64,000 nucleotides of DNA from an uncultured delta proteobacterium (GTDB lineage: Bacteria; Myxococcota_A; UBA9160; SMWR01). Position numbers and translations under genes: made by a program. The DNA lies in NCBI GenBank assembly GCA_963785985.1, contig CAWAXD010000017.1, positions 31,085 to 95,084 on the forward strand. The letters are read 5' to 3'. Numbering within the stretch: the stretch's first letter is position 1; each line of letters starts with the position of its first letter. Positions 47,981 through 57,495 of the stretch are shown piece by piece. The notes beneath the pieces were generated by a model. The model was given only the letters and a program-made list of their open reading frames with translations. It made no database searches and had not been told where the DNA came from.

Positions 47981-49384
47981 TCAGCTGTTGAGGGCGCGCC
48001 CGTAGGCGTCGAGCACGGACTCGTGCATCGCTTCGGAGAGCGTCGGGTGGGCGAACACCGTCTTCATCAGCTCGGCCTCGGTCGTCTCGAGCGTCCGTGC
48101 GATCGCGAAGCCCTGGATCAGCTCGGTGACCTCGCTTCCGATCATGTGGGCGCCGAGCAGCTCGCCCGTGCGCGCGTCGAAGACGGTCTTCACGAAGCCC
48201 TCGGACTCTCCCAGCGCGAGCGCCTTACCATTGGCGAGAAACGGGAAGCGCCCTACCCGCACTTCGTGGCCGAGCTCGCGCGCGCGCTGTTCGGTGTAAC
48301 CCACGCTCGCGATTTGCGGCCGACAGTACGTGCAGCCCGGAACCTTCGAGGCATCGAGCGGGTGTGCGCCGGCGAAGCCCGCGATCCGCTCCATGCAGAT
48401 CACGCCTTCGTGGCTCGCCTTGTGCGCGAGCCACGGCGGTCCCACGAGGTCCCCGATGGCGTGGATCCCCGGCTCATCCGTCTCGAGCCACTCGTTCACC
48501 ACGATGTGTCCGCGCTCGATGCGCACGGCAGTGCCCTCGAGCCCGAGATTCTCGACGTTGCCCGTGATGCCGACGGCGAGAATCACGCGCTCGAAGCGCA
48601 GCGCTTCCGTCGCGCCGTCCTCGCCCCGCAGCACGACGGCGACTTGATCCGCGTCACGCGTCGCCGAGACGAGCGTCGTCTGGGTGCGAATGCGGATGCC
48701 CTGCTTCGTGAAGGCCTTGTGCGCCGCCGCGGCGATCTCCTCGTCTTCGACCGGGAGGATCCGGGGCAGGATCTCGACCAGCGTCACCTCGGCGCCGAGG
48801 TCGCGGTAGAAGCTCGCGAACTCGACGCCGATCGCGCCCGAGCCCACCACCAGCAGCGAGCTGGGTAGACTCTTCGGAAGCATCGCCTCCTTGTAGGTCC
48901 AGATGCGCTCGCCATCGGCTTCGATGCCGGGCAGCCCGCGCGCGCGGGCTCCGGTCGCGAGCACGATGTGCGGCGCCCTCAGCTCCACCGCGGCCGCCCC
49001 CTCGCGCTCGACCCCGACGCGACCCTTCCCCACCAGGCGCCCGCGTCCCTCGAACACTGGAATCCCGTTCTTCTTCATCAGGTGCTTCACACCCGCCGAG
49101 AGTCGCTTGGCGACCGCGCGCGAACGCGCCACCAGCTTCCCGAGATCGAAGCGCACGTCGCTCGCCTGGAAGCCGAAGGCATCGAGATGGCGCAGCAGGT
49201 GCTGGATCTCGGAAGCGCGCAGCAGCGCCTTCGTCGGGATGCAGCCCCAATTCAGACAGATGCCGCCCAGCTCTGCGCGCTCGACGAGCGCGGCTCGCAA
49301 GCCGAGCTGACGCGCGCGGATCGCCGCGATGTAGCCGCCGGGACCGCTTCCCACCACGATCACGTCGAAGTCGCTGTCCGCCAT
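47981..49384 (-). CDS. lpdA: Dihydrolipoyl dehydrogenase
   Basis: GSGPGGY, GGICLNWGCIPTKALL, GSGAIGVE and HPTLSE motifs. Confidence 0.96.
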   Translation of the reverse strand: MADSDFDVIVVGSGPGGYIAAIRARQLGLRAALVERAELGGICLNWGCIPTKALLRASEIQHLLRHLDAFGFQASDVRFDLGKLVARSRAVAKRLSAGVKHLMKKNGIPVFEGRGRLVGKGRVGVEREGAAAVELRAPHIVLATGARARGLPGIEADGERIWTYKEAMLPKSLPSSLLVVGSGAIGVEFASFYRDLGAEVTLVEILPRILPVEDEEIAAAAHKAFTKQGIRIRTQTTLVSATRDADQVAVVLRGEDGATEALRFERVILAVGITGNVENLGLEGTAVRIERGHIVVNEWLETDEPGIHAIGDLVGPPWLAHKASHEGVICMERIAGFAGAHPLDASKVPGCTYCRPQIASVGYTEQRARELGHEVRVGRFPFLANGKALALGESEGFVKTVFDARTGELLGAHMIGSEVTELIQGFAIARTLETTEAELMKTVFAHPTLSEAMHESVLDAYGRALNS

Positions 49385-49532
49385 CGCCCCTACCTATAGC
49401 AGCCCGCCCCGCTCGCCCGCGGAGCATTCGCTCGCGGCCGCGGCGCCGGCGTTGCGTTGGCCGTCAGCGCACTCGCGTGCTAGCCGACGTGTGCATGAGC
49501 GTGCCTCGCATCGTGGTCTGCGAGCGTGAGCG

Positions 49533-50978
49533 GTGAGCGCAGCCCCTGCCGCGCGGCCCGGCGAGCCGAGCGCCCGCGCGACGCTCGCGCTCTGCGCCGC
49601 GAGCCTCGCGATCGGCGCGCTCGTGCGTCTGCTGCCTTGCTGGAACGCTTTCTGGCTCGACGAGATCTGGAGCTGGGAGAGCGCCCGCGCGCTCACTTCT
49701 CCGCTCGCTGTCTTCACCGAGATCCATCACTCGAACAACCATCACCTGAACACGCTGCTGCTATGGGCGCTCGGGGACCGCGCCGACTGGGCCCTCTATC
49801 GCCTGCCGTCGTTCGCCGCCGGCGTGGGCGGGGTTGCGCTCGCGGGCTGGCTCGCGGCGCAGCGCGGTCGTCTCGAGGCGGTGTTCGCGACGCTGCTCGG
49901 CTCCGCGTGCTTCGCGCTGATCCACTTCTCGTCGGAAGCGCGCGGCTATTCGCTCACGGTGTTCTTCGCACTCGCCGCGTTGGTCGCGCTCGGGAAATTC
50001 GCGCGCTCGGCCTCGCACGCGAGCGCTGCCGCCTTCGGCTTCTGTGTCGTGCTCGGCTTCCTCGCGCATCTGTGCTTTCTGTTCTTCTGGGCGGGAGCCT
50101 TCGCGCAGGGCCTCGCTCGCGCGCTGCGCCGCGGCGGCTCCGCCTGGGGCCAGCTGCTCGCGCTGCACGCACTTCCCGCCTTCGCGTTCGCCGCGCTCTG
50201 GCTCGTGGATCTGCGACACCTCGAGGTGGGCAGCGGGGCGGCGCTCGACGTGCCGCTGCTGCTGGCGCGCTGCTTCGGCTTCACGCTCGGACTTCCAGTC
50301 GCCCGCGCGAGCATCCTTCCCGGCGCGCTGATCGCCGCGAGCGTGCTCTGCCTCGCGCTCGCGAAGCTCTACCGGGAGGGCGACGATGCCTGGCTGCTGC
50401 ATGCGACCGCGATCGTGATCGCTCCGGCGCTCGTGTTCGCGGTGCTGCGCCCCGAGGTGATCGAGCTGCGCTACTTCGTGATCGGTATCGCGCTCTGGCT
50501 GCTGCTCGCGAGCTTCGTGCTGGCCGACGCCTGGCGCGCCGGCGGCGCCCGCCGCGCCATCGCGGCTGGACTCGCGCTCGCCTTCGTGATCGGAAACTCG
50601 CTCCACACGGCGGCGTTCTTTCGCGACGGCCGCGGCGGCTACGAGCGCGCGCTCCAGTTCATGGCCGCGCACACGAGCGGCAGGGACGTGGAGATCGGCA
50701 GCGATCACGACTTCCGAAACGGAACGGTGTTGCGCTTCTACGCGCGCCGACTGCCGGACGACAAGCGCGTGGTCTACGTCCCGCTCGGGCACTGGCCGGC
50801 CGAGGGCCCCGCGTGGCTGGTCGTGCATGCGGTCACGCGTCCGGTCGCGCCGCCGCCCCTGCTGGAGCTGCGCAGCACCCGCCGCTTCGAGCTCGCCGCC
50901 GAGTTCGATTACGCCGGGATCTCCGGCTTCTGGTGGGGCGTCTACCGGAATCTCGCCGCGCCCGCGGGGGTTCGCTAG
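49533..50978 (+). CDS. GT-C (GT39-like) membrane glycosyltransferase
   Basis: FWLDEIWS, SNNHHLNT and FSSEARGYS motifs. Confidence 0.8.
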   Translation: MSAAPAARPGEPSARATLALCAASLAIGALVRLLPCWNAFWLDEIWSWESARALTSPLAVFTEIHHSNNHHLNTLLLWALGDRADWALYRLPSFAAGVGGVALAGWLAAQRGRLEAVFATLLGSACFALIHFSSEARGYSLTVFFALAALVALGKFARSASHASAAAFGFCVVLGFLAHLCFLFFWAGAFAQGLARALRRGGSAWGQLLALHALPAFAFAALWLVDLRHLEVGSGAALDVPLLLARCFGFTLGLPVARASILPGALIAASVLCLALAKLYREGDDAWLLHATAIVIAPALVFAVLRPEVIELRYFVIGIALWLLLASFVLADAWRAGGARRAIAAGLALAFVIGNSLHTAAFFRDGRGGYERALQFMAAHTSGRDVEIGSDHDFRNGTVLRFYARRLPDDKRVVYVPLGHWPAEGPAWLVVHAVTRPVAPPPLLELRSTRRFELAAEFDYAGISGFWWGVYRNLAAPAGVR

Positions 50979-51017
50979 CGGCTTTACCGGTTCGATCCGA
51001 CGTGGAATACTCGTTGC

Positions 51018-51908
51018 GTGCGTCGCCCAGCTATTCGCAAGACGGCACTCGTCGCATGCTTCGTCGCCTTCGCCGCCGTGGGAGGCGTCATGGGGGCGCG
51101 GCATCGCGTGGCCGCGGCACTCGAGCGCGGCGATCTCCGCGGCGCGCAGACGATCCAGGACCGGCTGGCCGTGTTGCGTCTCGACGATCCCGACCAGCGC
51201 TTCACGCTCGCTCACGCCCTGAGGGCTGCCGGCCAACTCGACGCCGCGGTGGCGCAGTTCGAGCAGGCGCTGGCGCGCTCGCCGCAGGGCGAGCAGTGGG
51301 CGGCCCTCGCAGCCGTGCACGTCAAGCGCGGCGACGCCGAAGCTGCGATCGCCGCGTGGGAGCACGGCTTCGAGACGAACCACGATCCCCGCTACCTCCA
51401 CCGCGCGAGCAAGTTCCTGCTCGAGCGCGGCGAGCCGGAGCGCGCCCTGGCGGAGTTCGCGCACGCGAACTCCATCGAGCCTCCCTCGTCGATGATCGAG
51501 TCGCGCATCGCGAACATGGCGCGCCTGATGGGGCTGCCGAATCAGCAGATCCTTCACCTGCGCGCCGCGATCGCGCTCGAGCCGACGCGGCAGAGCCTCC
51601 GCATGCAGCTCGCGTGGTTGCTCGCCACCTGCGACGACCCGAGGCTGCGCAACTCCGAGGACGCCGTTGGGCTGGCCGAGGCGCTCGTCGTCGAGACGGC
51701 GCGCCGCGACGCCAACGCGCTCGACGCGCTCGCTGCCGCGCTCGCATCCGCCGGTCGCTTCGACGACGCCGTGCGCGTCGGCGCCGAGGCGGACGATCTG
51801 GCCTTGCGGGAGAACGACACCCAGCTTGCCGCCGCGATCCGCGAGCGCCTCGTGCTCTACCGGAGCGGGCGCGCCTACGTGGAGACGAACGCGAGCGTGA
51901 ACGGCTGA
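51018..51908 (+). CDS. Membrane-anchored TPR protein
   Basis: N-terminal TM helix, TPRs, LAWLLAT..D..LRN..A...A...LDALAAA.A..GRF. Confidence 0.8.
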   Translation: MRRPAIRKTALVACFVAFAAVGGVMGARHRVAAALERGDLRGAQTIQDRLAVLRLDDPDQRFTLAHALRAAGQLDAAVAQFEQALARSPQGEQWAALAAVHVKRGDAEAAIAAWEHGFETNHDPRYLHRASKFLLERGEPERALAEFAHANSIEPPSSMIESRIANMARLMGLPNQQILHLRAAIALEPTRQSLRMQLAWLLATCDDPRLRNSEDAVGLAEALVVETARRDANALDALAAALASAGRFDDAVRVGAEADDLALRENDTQLAAAIRERLVLYRSGRAYVETNASVNG

Positions 51909-51917
51909 GACGCGCGC

Positions 51918-52601
51918 TCAGCCCGGGCCGCCCGCGGGCGCGAGGCAGTCCGGGCCATCGAAGCGCGGATCGTTCACCCGCCGCCCGACGGGATGCAGCT
52001 CGAGCTTCTCGGCGGGCTCGCTGCGTGCGATCCTCTCCAGTGTCGCCGCGTCCGGGGCTGCGGGCGCGAGCCAGATCGCGTAGTCCGACGGCTCGAGAAT
52101 CACCGGCATCCGATCGTGCACGGCGCGCAGCTTCGGGTTCGCCGCCGTCGTGAGCAGCGTGCACGATTCCACACTCGCGCCGGCGGGATCGCGCCAGCTC
52201 TCCCACAGCCCCGCGATCGCGAAGCAGCCCCGCCCCGGGAGCGCGATGTGATGCGGCTGCTTGGCGCCGCCGGGACGCGCCGCCCACTCGTAGAAGCCAT
52301 CCGCCGGCACGAGACAGCGACGCTTGCGCAAGGCCGCGCGGAACGCCGGCTTCTCGGCGAGCGTCTCCACGCGCGCGTTGATCATGCGGTTGCCGATCTT
52401 CGGATCCGTGGCCCAGCTGGGAATCAAGCCCCAGCGGCGGGGAATGCAGCGGCGGCGCGCGCTCTGCGGGTCGCTCGAGATCGTCGCGATCGACTGCGAG
52501 GGCGCGATGTTGAAACGCGGCGCGAGCAGCGGCACCTCGCTCAGGCCGAACTGCTGGGCGACCTCATCGGGTGTCGCGGTGAGCGTGAAGCGTCCGCACA
52601 T
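51918..52601 (-). CDS. yedK: SOS response-associated peptidase (SRAP/YedK/HMCES family)
   Basis: MCGRF N-terminus; RFNIAPSQ, WGLIPSW, INARVET, GFYEW and HDRMPVIL motifs. Confidence 0.92.
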   Translation of the reverse strand: MCGRFTLTATPDEVAQQFGLSEVPLLAPRFNIAPSQSIATISSDPQSARRRCIPRRWGLIPSWATDPKIGNRMINARVETLAEKPAFRAALRKRRCLVPADGFYEWAARPGGAKQPHHIALPGRGCFAIAGLWESWRDPAGASVESCTLLTTAANPKLRAVHDRMPVILEPSDYAIWLAPAAPDAATLERIARSEPAEKLELHPVGRRVNDPRFDGPDCLAPAGGPG

Positions 52602-52844
52602 GCCAGCGCCCGTTCCTTCCGGGCGCGAGGGTACCGCCTGGCCGGACGGGCGGAAGGCGGCCGGTGCTCCTCGAAGGGCATGGCGCTTCTCTCGGCGCGC
52701 GATTGCGAGAGCGGCAGCTTGCACGCAGGCGACCCGGCACGCGGCGGATTCCGTGCGGGAAAGCCGCCGTGCGAAGGTCCGGCGCGACGCGCGCACGCTT
52801 CTTGCACCCATCCCGGTCGGGGTCATCCCCCGAGGTACGACTGC

Positions 52845-54170
52845 ATGCCGAGCTTCCGTTCGCACACCGTCGCGCTGATCGCCGCAGCCACGCTCGCTCC
52901 CGGCTGCGTCTACTACGGCGACACCAAACGCGATATCGATCGCACGCCGATCGTCGACACCGGCGTCGGCGCCACGGTGCTGATGCCGGGCCAGTCGGCG
53001 CCGAGCTTTCCGGGCGGCGCCAGCACGTCCGGCGGCAGCGAGGCCGGCGCTCCCGGCCGAACCTCGGGCGGATACTCCGGTTCGTCCTCGGGCGCGCCCT
53101 CCGGTGGCGGTGGCCTCACGATGATCGGCGGCACCCGCGTCGACGAGAGCATGCACAGCAGCAGCCACGAAGAGCCGATCTGGCTCAAGTATCTGATGCT
53201 TCCCTTCGCCGTGGCGGCGGCGCCCTTCGTCGCAGCGGCGGACGCGATCAAGGGCGATCCAAAGCCCGGCCCCGAGGTGCCGCGCGTCGATCCTCCGCGA
53301 CCGCAGCTCGCCGCGAAGCCCCCGGCGGAGACCTATGACGATCGCATGATCGACGGGATGGACCGCGAGCTCGACCAGCGCCAGGCAGCGGCGGCTCCGC
53401 CGACGACCAGCGGGACGCCGGCGCGCGCCGCCGCGCGAGCGACGAACGCACCGTCGATCGCGGACGAGCTCGCATCGCTCCAGCGCACGCCCACCGTCGA
53501 GTCGGCGCCGTCGCCGCGGCCGCAGGCCGCCACGACCGCCACCAGCGCCCCGAGCGCGCCGCGGTCATCGCTGGCCCCCGACGCTGCCGCCGACGGGATC
53601 GTCGATCGCAACGGAGATGGCCGCATCGATCTCTGGATCTACCGCGAGGACGGCGAGATCGTCCGCCGCGTCCTCGACGAAGACTTCGACGGCCGCCCCG
53701 ACCAGACGATCTTCTACGACCGCGCCACGCACCGCGTGAGCCGCGTCGAGGAAGACACCGACCACGACGGCAACGTCGACAGCTGGACCGATTACCAGGA
53801 CGGCCAGGTGGTGCGCCGCCGCGGCGACACGAACCACGACGGCACGGTCGACACCTGGACCTTCTACCGCAACGGCGAGATCACGCGCCACGAGCAGGAC
53901 ACGACCGGCAACGGCTTTCGCGACCGCATCGGATTCTACGAAGGGGGCAAGCTGGTGCGGGAAGAGCAGGACACCACCGGCAAGGGCAAAGCCGACGTGA
54001 TCGTGTATTACGACGCCAACGAGCGCGTGGTGCGCCGCGACGAGGACACCGACCAGGACGGCCGCATCGACGTGATCTCGTATTACGAGAACGGCCGCCT
54101 CTCGCGCCGCGAGCTGATCGATGGAACCGCGCAGGCGCCGCAAGCCGTCGCGCCCCACGCGACGCCCTGA
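52845..54170 (+). CDS. Lipoprotein with seven C-terminal D-x-x-x-D-G-x-x-D repeats
   Basis: LAPGC lipobox; units of about 24 aa such as DRNGDGRIDLW and DTDHDGNVDSW. Confidence 0.75.
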   Translation: MPSFRSHTVALIAAATLAPGCVYYGDTKRDIDRTPIVDTGVGATVLMPGQSAPSFPGGASTSGGSEAGAPGRTSGGYSGSSSGAPSGGGGLTMIGGTRVDESMHSSSHEEPIWLKYLMLPFAVAAAPFVAAADAIKGDPKPGPEVPRVDPPRPQLAAKPPAETYDDRMIDGMDRELDQRQAAAAPPTTSGTPARAAARATNAPSIADELASLQRTPTVESAPSPRPQAATTATSAPSAPRSSLAPDAAADGIVDRNGDGRIDLWIYREDGEIVRRVLDEDFDGRPDQTIFYDRATHRVSRVEEDTDHDGNVDSWTDYQDGQVVRRRGDTNHDGTVDTWTFYRNGEITRHEQDTTGNGFRDRIGFYEGGKLVREEQDTTGKGKADVIVYYDANERVVRRDEDTDQDGRIDVISYYENGRLSRRELIDGTAQAPQAVAPHATP

Positions 54171-54174
54171 GCCC

Positions 54175-54690
54175 GTGCCGCGCACCCTCGTCCAGGCGCT
54201 TGCATTCCTGCTCGGGCTCTGGCTCGCGCTCCTGCTCTGGCCCGTGCGCGCCGGAGCCGCCAGCGCCGAGCCGAGCGAGACGGCGGCCTATGCGGACCTC
54301 GAGGCGCCGTTCTACGAAGCGGTGAACCGCTTCCGCGTCTCGCAGCACCTGATCCCCTTGCGCAGACTCCCCGAGATGGACCGCATCGCCAGGGCCCACA
54401 GCGAGGACATGGCCCGCCGCAACTATCTGAGCCACGTGTCTCCGGAGGGACGCAATCCCGTCGACCGCCTGCATGCGGGCGGCGTGTCCGGCTTCACGCT
54501 CGCCGCGGAGAACGCGGGCATGACGAGCCGTTCGGATCCCAACACCGAGATCTTCCAGGGTTGGCTGCACTCGGCCGACCACCGCCGCAACCTGGTGGCG
54601 CCGCCGTTCAACTTCACCGGTGTCGGGATCGCGCGCGCCGCCGACGGCACCTTCTACTACACGCAGCTCTACATCACGCTGCCGCGTTGA
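54175..54690 (+). CDS. CAP/SCP domain secreted protein
   Basis: VNRFR, ARAHSEDM, YLSH, AENA and W.HSADHRRNL motifs. Confidence 0.88.
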   Translation: MPRTLVQALAFLLGLWLALLLWPVRAGAASAEPSETAAYADLEAPFYEAVNRFRVSQHLIPLRRLPEMDRIARAHSEDMARRNYLSHVSPEGRNPVDRLHAGGVSGFTLAAENAGMTSRSDPNTEIFQGWLHSADHRRNLVAPPFNFTGVGIARAADGTFYYTQLYITLPR

Positions 54691-54729
54691 GCCAACCCCG
54701 GCCACCGGCGGCGAAGCGCATCTGCGGCC

Positions 54730-55629
54730 CTAGGGTCGCAGCGTCGCGGTGATCTGGCGATCGTCCCAGTAGATGTCGAGGGGCTTCGCGAGCTCGATCT
54801 GGCCGGGCAGCACGACGTAACCGAGCACGTCGGAATCCGGAGCCAGATCGCCGGGACCTCCGCGAATCAAGCCGAGCTGCGTCGGGTCGTTCGGATCCGG
54901 GTGGAAGGCCTCGTGTCCCTGCACGAACGTGAAGTTCGGATGGAAGGATCCGGGCGCAGCCGCGCGCGCCGAGAAGAGCAGCACCGGGCCCGCGAGCGTG
55001 CGGCCGCGACGGGACCACGCATCGCGCAGGCGCGCCTCGAACGCCGCCGACGGCGCCACGCGCACCGCGAGCGTCGGGGCGCCATGGTCGCCGCGAGTGA
55101 ACGCCGCGGGAGCGCGCTGTTGCGAGAGCTCGATGATCAGCGCCAGGTCGCGCGCCTCATCGTCGCTGAGGCCGAGATCGAGCGGCGCTTTCTCGTCCAC
55201 GGACGCGGCATGCGCCGCTTCCGGAGTCGGCGCCGGCGGCGGGCTCGACGCGATCGGCTCGGTCCGCGCCGTCTTCACGGGCTCGCTCGGCGCCGTCGCT
55301 GCGGCTTCCGCGGCCTGCGTCTCGCGCACCTGGCGCGCGGCATCGATCAGGTTGTACGGGTTGTTCGGGTTCTGCTGTTGGTTGAAGACTTCCCACGCAT
55401 ACGGGCGCGGCAACAGCTCCGGCTTGAGCGGCGGAACCTCACCCGGATCCACCCGCTTCGCGTTCGTGCACGGAATCGATTCGGGGCGCTGCACGATGAA
55501 GATGCTCCCGTCGGGACACACTCCGGTGATGCTCGCCCGGGCCGCCGGGCTCGCTCCCACCAGCAGGGCGCCGAGCGCCGCGCCCGAGAACCCGACCCCT
55601 CGCTGCCATCGCCGTCTGGAACGCCGCAA
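54730..55629 (-). CDS. Secreted hypothetical protein
   Basis: Signal peptide, CPDGSIFIV...C domain, Pro/Ala linker and globular C-terminus. Confidence 0.65.
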   Translation of the reverse strand: MRRSRRRWQRGVGFSGAALGALLVGASPAARASITGVCPDGSIFIVQRPESIPCTNAKRVDPGEVPPLKPELLPRPYAWEVFNQQQNPNNPYNLIDAARQVRETQAAEAAATAPSEPVKTARTEPIASSPPPAPTPEAAHAASVDEKAPLDLGLSDDEARDLALIIELSQQRAPAAFTRGDHGAPTLAVRVAPSAAFEARLRDAWSRRGRTLAGPVLLFSARAAAPGSFHPNFTFVQGHEAFHPDPNDPTQLGLIRGGPGDLAPDSDVLGYVVLPGQIELAKPLDIYWDDRQITATLRP

Positions 55630-55821
55630 GAGAGCTACCCCGAGGTGCCTCGAACCGCGTCGATACTAGACGGGAAAGATGTGCAATATCAAGTAATTAC
55701 GGAAAGTTTCCGAGAGGTTGCTCGAGCCCCTCGGAGAGATTCGCGAGGCCTCGACGGCGCTTCCATGCGCCGCTTGCGCAGTGCTGAGGGGTCGCGCTTG
55801 GGGGGCGCAGAAAGCGAGTGG

Positions 55822-56568
55822 TCAATGCGTTTCGCCGTGCGGCTCGTCGTCGGCGTCGAGATCGTCTTCCTCGAGCGGGTCGTCGTCGAGAGCCGCGTCG
55901 TCGTCGAGGCCGGCGTCGTCGAACGCGTCGTCTGCCTGCGCCTCGTCGTCGCGATCGGCTTCCGCGCCGCGCGGAGCGGTCGCTCCTTCGGCTGCGCTCT
56001 CAGAGACGCGCGCCTGTGTCGGCTCGGCGTCCGCCGCCGGCGGGGGCGCGAGCTCGGCCAGGTCGCGCAAGGTCGGCAACTCTTCGATCCGAGCCAGCCC
56101 GAAGATCTCGAGGAAGCGCCGGCTCGTCGCGTAGAGCAGCGGCCGCCCCGGAACCTCACGATGCCCCGCGATCCGCAACAGGTTGCGCTCCAGCAGGCTG
56201 CGCAGCACGGCGCCGGCGTCGACGCCACGCACGTGCTCGATCTCGGCGCGCGTCACCGGCTGCCGGTAGGCGATCACCGCGAGGGTCTCGAGCGCGGCGT
56301 GAGAAAGGCGCAGTGGCCGCTCGGGCTGGCTCGCCTGGACGTATTCCGCGAAGGCCGGCAGCGTGCGGAGCTGGAAGCCCCCCGCGACCTCCCAGATCTC
56401 GAAGGCGCGCCCGCGCTCCGCGTATTCGGAATTGAGCTCGCCCACCAGCGCGCGCGCCAGCGCCGGCTGGCAGCGCGGGATCAACGAGGACAGGCGCGCG
56501 AGCGGGATCGGCTCGGGCGACGCGAGGATCAGGGCTTCGGCGATGCTGCGTTGCTCGGATCGTTCCAT
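55822..56568 (-). CDS. scpB: SMC-Scp complex subunit ScpB
   Basis: EALIL, VAGGFQLRT, LETLAVIAYRQPVTRAEIE..RGV and GRPLLYAT motifs. Confidence 0.95.
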   Translation of the reverse strand: MERSEQRSIAEALILASPEPIPLARLSSLIPRCQPALARALVGELNSEYAERGRAFEIWEVAGGFQLRTLPAFAEYVQASQPERPLRLSHAALETLAVIAYRQPVTRAEIEHVRGVDAGAVLRSLLERNLLRIAGHREVPGRPLLYATSRRFLEIFGLARIEELPTLRDLAELAPPPAADAEPTQARVSESAAEGATAPRGAEADRDDEAQADDAFDDAGLDDDAALDDDPLEEDDLDADDEPHGETH

Positions 56569-56578
56569 GGCGCTCTCC

Positions 56579-57418
56579 TCACATGATCTCGGCGATTCGC
56601 TCGGTCCAGACGCCGCCCGCTTCCTCCGAGCGGCGCAGATGGATCGGCCCACTCGGCACCCCGCGCACGTCGATCCCCTGATAGATGCGCAGCGCCGCGA
56701 GGCGCGAGAGCTCGAGGATCGCGAGAAACGTCGCGACGAACAGCTCGCGGCTCGGCGGGAGCGCGTCGCTCGCCACCAGACACTCGGTGAACTCGAGGGA
56801 CGGCCGCAGCTCGAGCGCCTGCATCACGACCAGCATGCGCTGGCGCACCGTCACGGTCTCGACGCTGACCTCGTGCGGAGCGGCGCTCGGCCCGGCGCGC
56901 GCGAGCACGCGGCGATAGGCCTCGATCAGCTCGAACAGCCCGACCTCGATCTCCCGCTCCGCCTCCGGACGCGGCGTCTGCGGCACCACGTGCGCCTCGA
57001 AGACGTCGCGCCCTAGCCAGCGGCGCTCGCCGAGCTCCGCCGCGACCTCCTTGAAGCGCTGGTACTCGAGCAGGCGGGCCACGAGCTCCGCGCGCGGGTC
57101 CGGCCCCTCGCCTTCGATCTCGAGGCCGTCGGGCGGCAGCAGCATGCGCGACTTGATCCAGGCGAGCGTCGCCGCCATCAGCAGGAACTCGCCGGCGACG
57201 TCGAGATCGAGGTCACGAATGGCCTCGAGAGTGGCGAGGTATTGCTCGCTGATGCGCGCGATCGGGATGTCGGTGATCTCCACCTCGTTCACGCGGATCA
57301 AATGCAGGAGCAGGTCGAGCGGGCCCTCGAAGAGGGCGAGCTTGACGGCGTAGGGCGAGGCCGATCCATCCGCCGGCGATCCGGCGGCGAGATCGTCTGA
57401 GGAGGCGAAGATGCTCAT
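56579..57418 (-). CDS. scpA: Segregation and condensation protein A
   Basis: FEGPLDLLLHLI, FLLMAATL..IKSRMLLP and TFLAILEL motifs. Confidence 0.95.
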   Translation of the reverse strand: MSIFASSDDLAAGSPADGSASPYAVKLALFEGPLDLLLHLIRVNEVEITDIPIARISEQYLATLEAIRDLDLDVAGEFLLMAATLAWIKSRMLLPPDGLEIEGEGPDPRAELVARLLEYQRFKEVAAELGERRWLGRDVFEAHVVPQTPRPEAEREIEVGLFELIEAYRRVLARAGPSAAPHEVSVETVTVRQRMLVVMQALELRPSLEFTECLVASDALPPSRELFVATFLAILELSRLAALRIYQGIDVRGVPSGPIHLRRSEEAGGVWTERIAEIM

Positions 57419-57495
57419 GCGACTCCGCGCGCAGGCACGTCGGGGCGGAGGGGGTGGAAACAGTATGAAGGATCGACCCGGGTCCAGCAAGCGAG

